In this document: piece after piece, positions 9,554 to 17,690 of the stretch | Layout of the letters: every line of letters starts with the position of its first letter | How positions within the stretch are numbered: the first letter of the stretch is position 1 | Assembly: GCA_012729725.1 (NCBI GenBank) | Contig: JAAYCO010000229.1 | Span: forward strand, 1 to 62,806 | Direction of reading: 5' to 3' | Length of the DNA stretch: 62,806 nucleotides | From: Planctomycetota bacterium | Lineage (GTDB): Bacteria > Planctomycetota > Phycisphaerae > SM23-33 | Notes under the pieces: model-generated | What the model was told of the DNA's origin: nothing | Database searches by the model: none | What the model saw: the letters and a program-made list of their open reading frames with translations, nothing else | Translations under genes and position numbers: made by a program

Positions 9554-9582
9554 TTGCATTTCCGCGGCGCGGCTTGTAGACT
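9554..9582 (+). promoter_or_regulatory. Sigma-70-like promoter for tRNA-Arg (TTGCAT - 17 nt - TAGACT)
   Basis: TTGCAT at 9554-9559 and TAGACT at 9577-9582 with a 17-nt spacer. The -10 hexamer matches the tRNA-His promoter. Confidence 0.45.
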
Positions 9583-9649
9583 TACTGCGACGAAGCCTTC
9601 CGCGGGCGGTTTGACGACGTTACACTTACCCCCCGGCCGGTCGAGAGTT

Positions 9650-9722
<73 letters not shown>

Positions 9723-9723
<1 letters not shown>

Positions 9724-9747
9724 TTGCCCCGCCAAAGGCGGGGCAAT
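9723..9747 (+). terminator. Perfect 11-bp stem-loop directly after tRNA-Arg
   Basis: ATTGCCCCGCC-AAA-GGCGGGGCAAT. There is no U-tract, so it may be a terminator or an RNA-processing hairpin. Confidence 0.5.
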
Positions 9748-9869
9748 AGAGCAGGTGAGCAGTGGAACAGGCGAACAGTTGAAAGAGGCAGAGCCTTCAA
9801 TGGCGCCAAGGCGCTATTGTCGACACGACCGCTCACCTGCGGTCTCCTGATCTCCTGTTCTCCTGCTCA
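9748..9869. repeat. Palindromic CAGG-unit repeat element, copy A
   Basis: The left arm is AGAGCAGGTGAGCAGTGGAACAGGCGAACAGT and the right arm is CACCTGCGGTCTCCTGATCTCCTGTTCTCCTGCTCAA. The arms are imperfect inverted repeats. A second copy lies at 20069-20178. Confidence 0.7.
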
Positions 9870-9886
9870 AGTCGTTGGGGTTTCAC

Positions 9887-10249
9887 ATGGCCTTCATGTT
9901 CGAAAACTTGCAGGTCTATCAGAAGGCGGTTGATCTGGCCGACCAAATCGCTCGATTGACTGAGAAGTTCCCGCGCGGTTACTACTTCTTGGTTGACCAA
10001 CTGAATCGGGCCGCCTTGTCCATTGCCACGAACCTCGCCGAAGGAAATGGCAGGTTCACCAAGGCGGATCGTCGGAATTTCTTCACGATTGCACGGGGCT
10101 CGACGCAGGAATGCGTGCCCCTGCTTGAGGTGGCCCGGCGGCGAGGGTTTGCTGACGATGCCCGGCATGAGACGCTGCGAACTGAACTGGAGGTCATCGC
10201 CAAGATGATCAGTGGCCTCATCAACGGCCTGGACAACCGCGAAAGGTGA
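9887..10249 (+). CDS. Four-helix-bundle protein (23S rRNA intervening-sequence protein / Avd family)
   Basis: 'MFENLQVYQKAVDLADQI..FP' and 'QLNRAALSIATNLAEGNGRF..RRNFFTIARGSTQEC' are the family hallmarks. Possible starts are TTG 9875, ATG 9887 and ATG 9896. Confidence 0.85.
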   Translation: MAFMFENLQVYQKAVDLADQIARLTEKFPRGYYFLVDQLNRAALSIATNLAEGNGRFTKADRRNFFTIARGSTQECVPLLEVARRRGFADDARHETLRTELEVIAKMISGLINGLDNRER

Positions 10250-10365
10250 GGCATGAGCACAGGCAACGCCATGATCGAAGGCGTCACCATTGTGATGATG
10301 CAGCCGGAGTTCCTCGTTTGGCGCTGCCTCCACGGCGGCCACCCGGCCTGTCCCTGGGTGAAGTA

Positions 10366-10833
10366 ATGGCCGCAAAACACCACAAGCCGATAGTAGTGAT
10401 TTCCTCAAGCCAGAAGGCTGTGCGGGTTCCTCGCAAGCGGATCGCCGAGCTGGTGGATTTCATCTCACGTCGCGAAGGCGAGAGAATTGGAAGCGCGGAC
10501 ATCGCGTTTGTAGATAGCGACGACATGGCGAGCATGAACCGCCGGTGGCTGGACCACCGCGGGCCGACCGACGTTCTGAGTTTTGACATGGGCAAGGACG
10601 AAGCGGCCCCCGGCATCTCGGCGCAGTTGGTCATCTGCGGGCCGGTGGCGGCCAAGCAGGCGAAGGATCGCGGGCTGGACGTCCAGTACGAAATCCTCCT
10701 CTACGTCACGCACGGCCTGCTGCACCTGATGGGATATGAGGATCATACCATCCGCGGCGGCGCCAGAATGCACGCCAGAGAAGAAGAACTGCTGCGGGAG
10801 TTTCTCAAGTCGGGCAAACGCGGGCGGCCGTGA
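10366..10833 (+). CDS. ybeY: rRNA maturation endoribonuclease YbeY
   Basis: 'LLYVTHGLLHLMGYEDH' is the zinc-binding HxxxHxxxxxH motif. I chose ATG 10366 (MAAKHHKPIVV), not the track start. Confidence 0.9.
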   Translation: MAAKHHKPIVVISSSQKAVRVPRKRIAELVDFISRREGERIGSADIAFVDSDDMASMNRRWLDHRGPTDVLSFDMGKDEAAPGISAQLVICGPVAAKQAKDRGLDVQYEILLYVTHGLLHLMGYEDHTIRGGARMHAREEELLREFLKSGKRGRP

Positions 10834-10882
10834 CGCAATCGCTCATTGACTACTCATTGCATTGGGCCTTACCTTAGGGCAA

Positions 10883-11746
10883 ATGGCCAGACATCACCAA
10901 CATGTGACCATCATCGGAGTCGGGCTGCTGGGCGGTTCAATCGGCCTGGCGCTGAAGGCCCTGCACGGCCGGGACGTGCACGTCGCCGGCGTGGGCAGAA
11001 GTCTTGACAGTCTTAACGCAGCCATCAAGGCAGGCGCGATCGACTCCGCGCACCTGGACGCGGCAGAGGCAGCCCCAAGCACCGATCTTGTTATTCTGGC
11101 AACGCCGGTGTGCACCTTCGAGCATCACCTCAGGCGATTGGCGCCGGTGCTGAAAAAGTCGGCGTGGGTGACCGATGTCGGCTCGACCAAGCTGGCGGTT
11201 GTGAAGACAGCCAACAGGCTCATCGGCCAGGATCGATTCATCGGCAGCCACCCGATGGCCGGCAGCGATGTCCGCGGCGTGGCCAACGCCAGCGCCGATC
11301 TCTTTGCAGCCGCAACATGCATCATCACGCCAAGTTCCAAAACGCCGCCGACCTTGCGCCGACGAGCCAGCGGTTTGTGGAAGTCGCTGGGCATGAAGAC
11401 CATCGAGATGTCCCCTGCCCGCCACGACCAGGTAGTCGCTCGCATCAGCCACCTGCCGCACCTGCTTTCGGCAGCGCTGATGTTGTTGCCCAAGGATGAT
11501 GATCTTGCCGCGGCTGCGGGCGGATTCAAGGACATGACCCGCATCTCCGGCGGCGACGTTGAGATGTGGCGCGACATTCTTCTTACCAACAAGCAAAACA
11601 TCCTAGCCGCTCTGGACGCCTATGAAAAGCGCCTGCGAGAAACACGCAGGATCATCGCGGCCGCGGATGTGAGCGCAATCGAGCGCAACTTGATCAAGGC
11701 TCAGCTCAGAAGGCGATTGTTCGTCAACGGGAACCTTAACCGTTAA
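10883..11746 (+). CDS. tyrA: Prephenate dehydrogenase
   Basis: 'VTIIGVGLLGGSIGLALK', 'VTDVGSTK', 'FIGSHPMAGS' and 'ISHLPHLL'. Confidence 0.85.
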   Translation: MARHHQHVTIIGVGLLGGSIGLALKALHGRDVHVAGVGRSLDSLNAAIKAGAIDSAHLDAAEAAPSTDLVILATPVCTFEHHLRRLAPVLKKSAWVTDVGSTKLAVVKTANRLIGQDRFIGSHPMAGSDVRGVANASADLFAAATCIITPSSKTPPTLRRRASGLWKSLGMKTIEMSPARHDQVVARISHLPHLLSAALMLLPKDDDLAAAAGGFKDMTRISGGDVEMWRDILLTNKQNILAALDAYEKRLRETRRIIAAADVSAIERNLIKAQLRRRLFVNGNLNR

Positions 11747-12599
11747 TCACCCAGCCGCCGTTGGGATGCAGCACCTGCCCCGTCATGTAGGAAGAATCAT
11801 CGCTTGCCAGGAACACGTAGCACGGTGCTACTTCGTCCGGCTGGCCCGGTCTGCCCATGGGCGCATCGGCGCCGAAGCCTTCGACCTTCTGCTCCGGAAA
11901 CGTCGCCGGAATCAGCGGCGTCCATATCGGACCCGGCGCTACGCCGTTGACGCGTATCTGGCGGTCCGTCAGCGCTAACGCAAGCGATCTGGTGAAGGCG
12001 ACGATCGCGCCCTTGGTTGAAGAATAATCCAGTAGCGACGGATTGCCGCGATAGGCGGTAACTGAAGTCGTGTTGATGATTGTCGCCCCCGCCTGCATGT
12101 GCCTGAGGCTCTCACGAACCATATAGAAGTACGCGAATATGTTAGTGCGAAAGGTGCGCTCCAGTTGTTCGTCGGTGATATCTTCAGGCCGCTGCTGCAC
12201 ATGCTGCTCGGCGGCGTTGTTCACCAGGATCTCCAGGTGGCCCAATTGGTCAACAGCGCTGCGTATGGCTTGAGCGCAAAACGCGGAGTCGCCAACGTCT
12301 CCGGAGATCAGCAGGCACTTCCGGCCGGCTTCTTCGACAAGGCGCTTCGTCTCCTGGGCATCCTTGTGTTCCTGAAGATACATCACCGCGACATCCGCGC
12401 CTTCCTTGGCGAACATCACCGCCACCGCCCTGCCGATGCCGCTGTCGGCGCCGGTGATTACGGCGGCCTTTTCACTTAGCTTTCCGGCAGGGATGTACTC
12501 CCGCGCCTTTGATCGCGGCGCGGGCGTCATCTTGAATTCTTCACCGGGCTGGCTTTGTCTTTGCGGAGGAACGGTTTGCTTCTTCTCGCCCATGAGCAT
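11736..12599 (-). CDS. SDR-family oxidoreductase (YdaD/YhxC-like)
   Basis: 'AAVITGADSGIGRAVAVMFAKEGADVAV', 'LVNNAA' and a Y-x3-K region. Its 3' end overlaps tyrA by 11 nt (convergent). Confidence 0.85.
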   Translation of the reverse strand: MLMGEKKQTVPPQRQSQPGEEFKMTPAPRSKAREYIPAGKLSEKAAVITGADSGIGRAVAVMFAKEGADVAVMYLQEHKDAQETKRLVEEAGRKCLLISGDVGDSAFCAQAIRSAVDQLGHLEILVNNAAEQHVQQRPEDITDEQLERTFRTNIFAYFYMVRESLRHMQAGATIINTTSVTAYRGNPSLLDYSSTKGAIVAFTRSLALALTDRQIRVNGVAPGPIWTPLIPATFPEQKVEGFGADAPMGRPGQPDEVAPCYVFLASDDSSYMTGQVLHPNGGWVING

Positions 12600-12632
12600 C
12601 CCCTTATGCCGGATGCTGCATTGTAGGCCGTC

Positions 12633-14459
12633 CTACCTGTGTTTGGAGAGATGAATCGCCAGGACAGTCACGTCGGCGGGCGTGATGCCGCTGATTCGCA
12701 ATGCCTGCCCAAGAGATCTGGGCGAGATGCTCTGCAGCTTCTCCCTGGCCTCATGGCGAAGGTGGGTGATCTTGCCGTAATCGATGTCGGGCGGTATCAG
12801 CCGCTGATCCATTTCGGCCAGCTGGCGCAGCGCCAATTGCTCACGCTGCATGTATCCGGCATAGCGGGCGTCGTGAAGAACAGAATGCAGGATCGCCGCG
12901 TGCGCCGCCCGGGCGGCCTGGAGTTCCACGGCAACATCGGCAGGCGCCAGCGCGACGGCTTCATCCAGCCCAAGGCGAGGATTCTGAAGCAGATCGCCCA
13001 GCTGTTTGCCGTTAACGCGGGTTTCTTTCAGTATTTCCTGTATTCGTTCGCCAACGGCCAATTCCGCTCGAAATCGCCCAAGTCGCTCTTGATCCACCAG
13101 TCCCAGGTCCGCGCCGATGGGCGTCAGTCTTCTGTCGGCGTTGTCGGCCCGCAGGCACAGCCGGTGCTCGGCCCGGCTGGTGAACATCCGATACGGCTCG
13201 GTTATCCCCTTGGTCACCAGGTCGTCGATCATCACGCCGATATATGCCTGATCCCGGCGCAGCACCATGGCGTCTCGGCCGCTCAACGCGAGCACCGCGT
13301 TGACGCCTGCGACGAGCCCTTGCGCGGCTGCCTCCTCATAACCTGTAGTGCCATTGACCTGCCCTGCCAGGTAGAGCCCCTCTACCGATTTGGATTCCAG
13401 CGTGGCGCGGAGGCCGGTTGGAGGAAAGTAGTCGTACTCGATGGCGTACCCGTATCGAAGTATCTTAGCATTGCGAAGCGGCGGGATATTGCGAACCATG
13501 AAGTCCTGCACGTCCGGCGGCAGGGAAGTTGCAATGCCGTTGCAGTACACCCAGTCGGTATCGCGGCCTTCAGGCTCGAGGAATATCTGATGGCTGTCTT
13601 TGTCGCCGAACCGGACGATCTTGGTTTCGAAACTTGGGCAGTACCGCGGGCCGACGGACGTAATCTGCCCGGTGAACATCGGCGCTCGATGAAGATTCTC
13701 GCGAACGGCGGCGTGAATGGCCGGATTGGTCTCCGTCAGCCAGCATGGAACCTGCTGAACGTTCAGGCTGCTGTTCATGAACGAGAACGGGCTGGGCGGA
13801 TCATCGCCGTCCTGTCGCGCGCACAGAGAGTAGTCTATGGTCCGGGCATCAAGACGCGGGCAGGTTCCGGTTTTCAGCCGGCCCGCCTGCACCCCGGCGC
13901 CGGTCAGCGATTTGGTCAGGCTGCATGACGACGGCTCGTCATACCTGCCGCCGGGCCAGACCTTCTCGCCCATGTGCATTATGCCGTTGAGGAACGTGCC
14001 CGCCGTCACGATGGCTGCGCGGCAGCTCAGCAGTCGACCATCGGCCATCGCCACGCCGCGGACGGAGCCGCTTTCGATGACTATCTCCGCAGCCTCCCCT
14101 TCAAGAATTTCCAGGTTGGGGCATTCCTGCAAAGCCTTTTGGATCCAGCGGGCATAGGCATGGCGATCGCTTTGGCATCTCGGGCCGTGGACGGCTGGGC
14201 CTTTGGATCGATTAAGCACGCGAAACTGTATTCCCGTCGCGTCGGCGGCCAGCCCCATCAGGCCGCCCAGCGCGTCGATCTCACGAACCATCTGGCCCTT
14301 TCCTATGCCCCCTATGGCCGGATTGCATGACATTTGGCCGACCGTGGCAATGGAAAGAGTCACAAGGGCGGTCGGAGCGCCCATTCGAGCGCAGGCCCAG
14401 GCGGCCTCGGCGCCTGCGTGTCCACCGCCAACAACAATGATGTCAAACTTGCCGCTCAT
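12633..14459 (-). CDS. mnmG: tRNA uridine-5-carboxymethylaminomethyl modification enzyme MnmG (GidA)
   Basis: 'FDIIVVGGGHAGAEAA', 'SCNPAIGGIGKGQMVREIDALGG' and 'GQVNGTTGYEEAAAQGL'. Confidence 0.95.
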   Translation of the reverse strand: MSGKFDIIVVGGGHAGAEAAWACARMGAPTALVTLSIATVGQMSCNPAIGGIGKGQMVREIDALGGLMGLAADATGIQFRVLNRSKGPAVHGPRCQSDRHAYARWIQKALQECPNLEILEGEAAEIVIESGSVRGVAMADGRLLSCRAAIVTAGTFLNGIMHMGEKVWPGGRYDEPSSCSLTKSLTGAGVQAGRLKTGTCPRLDARTIDYSLCARQDGDDPPSPFSFMNSSLNVQQVPCWLTETNPAIHAAVRENLHRAPMFTGQITSVGPRYCPSFETKIVRFGDKDSHQIFLEPEGRDTDWVYCNGIATSLPPDVQDFMVRNIPPLRNAKILRYGYAIEYDYFPPTGLRATLESKSVEGLYLAGQVNGTTGYEEAAAQGLVAGVNAVLALSGRDAMVLRRDQAYIGVMIDDLVTKGITEPYRMFTSRAEHRLCLRADNADRRLTPIGADLGLVDQERLGRFRAELAVGERIQEILKETRVNGKQLGDLLQNPRLGLDEAVALAPADVAVELQAARAAHAAILHSVLHDARYAGYMQREQLALRQLAEMDQRLIPPDIDYGKITHLRHEAREKLQSISPRSLGQALRISGITPADVTVLAIHLSKHR

Positions 14460-14554
14460 CGGGGCGATTATAGCGTCCGGGCGGGGAATGCAAGAACGGT
14501 CCGAAGGCGCGGCTATGCGGGTGCGGGCATAAAATGTTCGTGAACGGAGATGAC

Positions 14555-16231
14555 ATGGACATCAGCATCCGAGTTGCCGGCGAGGCGGGGCAAGGCGTTC
14601 AGAGCGCGGGAAATCTACTGGTTGGCGCGCTGGCGTCGGCTGGGTTTCACGTCTTCACCGCCAAGAGCTACATGTCGCGAATCCGCGGCGGGCTCAACTG
14701 GTTCGATATACGGATAAGCAATCGCGAGTTGTTCGCCCCCAAAGAAAAGGCCGATCTGCTTGTCGCGCTTACCCGTGAGGCATTCGAGATTCTGGGGCGG
14801 GAGACCAGCGACGGCTTGATACTGCTCGATTCGCATGAGGCACAGGGCGCGTACGCCATACCGTTCACGCAAACGGCAAAGGAGATCGGCAACGCGATCA
14901 TGGCGAATTCCGTCGCGGCCGGGGCGGTCCTTGCGGTGCTAGGCCTCGACAACAAGCACCTGATGGAATACCTGCGTAAGCAGTTTCACGACAAGCCTGC
15001 CGAGGTGGTTGAACAGAACATTGCCGCCGCCGGCGCCGGCGAAAAGCTCGCCCAAAGCTGCGCAGGCAGATTGCCCGCTGCCCCGGAAGGAGCGTGGGAC
15101 AGCGTATACGCCGGCGCGGACGCCATCGGCCTGGGGGCAGCAACCGCCGGCGTGAAGTTCGTCACCGCATACCCGATGACTCCATCAACGGCGACGCTGA
15201 ATTTTCTAGCGGAATCGGCCGATCGTTACGGCATCCTGGTCGAGCAGGCGGAGGATGAAATTGCGGCCATCAACATGGTCTGCGGCAGCACGTATGCGGG
15301 CGCGCCTTCGTTGACGGTTACAAGCGGCGGCGGATTCGCGCTCATGGTCGAGGGCATATCGCTTGCGGGCATGCTTGAGCTGCCCGTCGTCATACTGCTG
15401 GCCCAGCGTCCCGGGCCCGCCACCGGTCTGCCCACGCGCACCGCGCAAGGAGACCTGAACATGGCCATTCATGCCGGGCACGGCGAATTCCCCAAGATGG
15501 TCTTCGCCCCCGGTACTCACCAGGAGTGCTACGCGATAACGCGGCACGCTGTCATGATGGCCCACAAGTATCAGACGCCGGTGATCATATTGACCGACCA
15601 GTTCCTTCAGGACGCCGAGAAGAACATCCGGCCGCTGAGCGAGGAATTGAAGCCGGTCGACTGTTTTCTGTCGGCTGGGGGACGCGAATACGCGAGATAT
15701 GCTCTGTCGCCTGACGGAATTTCGCCCCGCGCCGTTCCGGGCGGCGAGGCCCTTGTGGTGGTTGACAGCGACGAGCATGATCAATGCGGGCACATAAGCG
15801 AAGACCTTGCTCACGACCATCTGCCCCAGCACGACAAGCGGATGCGAAAGATGATCGGGCTGACGGCGGAGTCGTTTGCCCCGTCAATTCTTGGCCCGCC
15901 GGGCGCGCCAAACCTGATGATCTGCTGGGGATCATCATACGGGCCATGCAGAGAAGCAGTGGAAATGCTGAACGCCGATGATAACATATGGACCTTGCTG
16001 CACTTCTCGCAGGTCTGGCCCTTGAACGAGGACGCCGCTCGCCAGGCGATCGGCGAAAGATCGCGGGTTATTGTCGTCGAAGGCAATTCGACGGCGCAGT
16101 TTGCCTCCCTGCTTCGTCAGTTGGGGCTTGTGGGGCCCTGCGAAGCATGCCTTCGATACGACGGCCTGCCGCTGACAGCCGACTACGTCGTCGACAAAGT
16201 GTCCAAACCCGGCAATTCAGGAGCCGCATGA
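14555..16231 (+). CDS. korA: 2-oxoacid:ferredoxin oxidoreductase, fused gamma-alpha subunit (KorA-like)
   Basis: The N-terminal gamma domain reads 'ISIRVAGEAGQGVQSAGNLL..SYMSRIRGG' and the alpha domain reads 'AYPMTPST'. GGAGA lies 5 nt upstream of ATG 14555. Confidence 0.85.
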   Translation: MDISIRVAGEAGQGVQSAGNLLVGALASAGFHVFTAKSYMSRIRGGLNWFDIRISNRELFAPKEKADLLVALTREAFEILGRETSDGLILLDSHEAQGAYAIPFTQTAKEIGNAIMANSVAAGAVLAVLGLDNKHLMEYLRKQFHDKPAEVVEQNIAAAGAGEKLAQSCAGRLPAAPEGAWDSVYAGADAIGLGAATAGVKFVTAYPMTPSTATLNFLAESADRYGILVEQAEDEIAAINMVCGSTYAGAPSLTVTSGGGFALMVEGISLAGMLELPVVILLAQRPGPATGLPTRTAQGDLNMAIHAGHGEFPKMVFAPGTHQECYAITRHAVMMAHKYQTPVIILTDQFLQDAEKNIRPLSEELKPVDCFLSAGGREYARYALSPDGISPRAVPGGEALVVVDSDEHDQCGHISEDLAHDHLPQHDKRMRKMIGLTAESFAPSILGPPGAPNLMICWGSSYGPCREAVEMLNADDNIWTLLHFSQVWPLNEDAARQAIGERSRVIVVEGNSTAQFASLLRQLGLVGPCEACLRYDGLPLTADYVVDKVSKPGNSGAA

Positions 16232-17043
16232 TGGATCTGGCCAGAGCAGACACAAAACCGGCCTGGTGCCCCGGCTGCGGCAACTACGGCATACTCAAGG
16301 CGATCAACGCCGCCATGGCCGAGGCCGGCGCCGATCGCAAGAGGCTGGTCCTGGTAAGTGGAATCGGACAAGCGGCGAAATTGCCGCATTATCTCGCCGA
16401 GCCCGCCAACGTCTTCAACGGCCTGCACGGACGAGCAGTGCCGGCGGCGACCGGCATCAAGCTTGCCAATCATGAGCTTAACGTCGTCGTGACCAGCGGC
16501 GACGGCGACATGTACGGCGAGGGCGGCAACCATCTTCTGCATGCGATGCGCAGGAACATCGGCATCCGCTGTTTCGTCCACAACAACCAGGTTTACGGCC
16601 TGACCAAAGGACAGGCCTCGCCCACCAGCGATTCGGGTTTCATGACGCTGCTTCAGTCGCACGGCGTCATGGCTCAGCCGTTCAACCCGATGGCCCTGGC
16701 GATCATCAACAACGTCACCTTCGTGGCGCGATCGTTCAGCGGGGACTTTGAGCATCTCAAGTCGATGATGATCGAGGCGATGAAAGCGGACGGCTTTGCG
16801 CTTCTGGACATCCTTCAGCCGTGCGTCACATTCAACAAGGTGAACACCTTTGCGTGGTATCGGCAGCGCGTCAAGCCCATAGGCCCGCAACATGACCCCT
16901 ACGACCGGCGCAAGGCGCTGGACCTGGCCTTCATGTGGGGCGACGAGATACCCATTGGCGTTTACTACAGATCGAAGCGCCCCAGTTTTGAGTCTCAACT
17001 GGCGTTGCTCAAACATGGACCTCTTGCCGCGGTTGCCCGTTAG
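16228..17043 (+). CDS. korB: 2-oxoacid:ferredoxin oxidoreductase, beta (TPP-binding) subunit (KorB-like)
   Basis: 'KPAWCPGCGNYGIL' and 'SGDGDMYGEGGNH' (TPP motif). Its ATG overlaps the korA stop as ATGA. Confidence 0.85.
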   Translation: MMDLARADTKPAWCPGCGNYGILKAINAAMAEAGADRKRLVLVSGIGQAAKLPHYLAEPANVFNGLHGRAVPAATGIKLANHELNVVVTSGDGDMYGEGGNHLLHAMRRNIGIRCFVHNNQVYGLTKGQASPTSDSGFMTLLQSHGVMAQPFNPMALAIINNVTFVARSFSGDFEHLKSMMIEAMKADGFALLDILQPCVTFNKVNTFAWYRQRVKPIGPQHDPYDRRKALDLAFMWGDEIPIGVYYRSKRPSFESQLALLKHGPLAAVAR

Positions 17044-17059
17044 CGGTTCGCCCTGTAGT

Positions 17060-17542
17060 ATGCGTGACATGAGCCGCGAATCCTGTCATGAGAAATGGAT
17101 GCGCCTGGCCCTTGAACAGGCCGATGCCGCCTCCGCGCAAGGTGATGTGCCCATCGGCGCGGTCATTGTTCGCCAGAACGAACTGGTCGCCAGGGCATAC
17201 AACCGGCGGATCATTGACGCCAACCCCGTGGCACATGCGGAGATGCTGGCGATACAGGCGGCGGCAAAATCTCTTGGCGACTGGCGCCTGACCGGCTGCA
17301 CGCTTTATGTCACACTTGAACCGTGCTGCATGTGCGCCGGCGCGATTGTGCTCTCCCGCATACCAAGGCTGATCTACGGCGCCGGCGACGCCAAGGCGGG
17401 GGCTGTAGACACGCTCTATCAGCTATGCAGTGACAGCAGACTGAATCATCAGGTGGAAGTGTCGTCTGGGTTGCTTGCCGAGGAATGCTCACAGCGGCTA
17501 ACGCGGTTCTTCGCCGCCCAACGGGCATTGGGCAAGAAGTAG
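17060..17542 (+). CDS. tadA: tRNA adenosine(34) deaminase TadA
   Basis: 'HAEMLAI' and 'TLEPCCMCAGAI' form the CDA zinc motif. The start is ATG 17060 or 17069. Confidence 0.9.
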   Translation: MRDMSRESCHEKWMRLALEQADAASAQGDVPIGAVIVRQNELVARAYNRRIIDANPVAHAEMLAIQAAAKSLGDWRLTGCTLYVTLEPCCMCAGAIVLSRIPRLIYGAGDAKAGAVDTLYQLCSDSRLNHQVEVSSGLLAEECSQRLTRFFAAQRALGKK

Positions 17543-17593
17543 AACCGCGGGCGAGTCAGCTTGTGCGCAACACGTTGCGGCAAAGGAAGTTGA

Positions 17594-17622
17594 TTGACTT
17601 TGCCGGCTGCGGGGGTTACTTT
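17594..17622 (+). promoter_or_regulatory. Candidate promoter upstream of bamA (TTGACT - 17 nt - TACTTT)
   Basis: The hexamers and spacing were read directly. It lies about 70 nt upstream of the bamA GTG start. Confidence 0.35.
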
Positions 17623-17690
17623 TCCGGCGATAAAGGATTAACCCCAAGCTGCACCAGCGCGCGGCATGCACTGCCGCCTCGGGAGAAACC

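Noticed and set aside
9748-10249. A diversity-generating retroelement, because of the Avd-like gene.
   Set aside because: There is no reverse transcriptase ORF anywhere in the window. I found no template/variable repeat pair with A-to-N differences. The only nearby repeat is the CAGG-unit palindrome.
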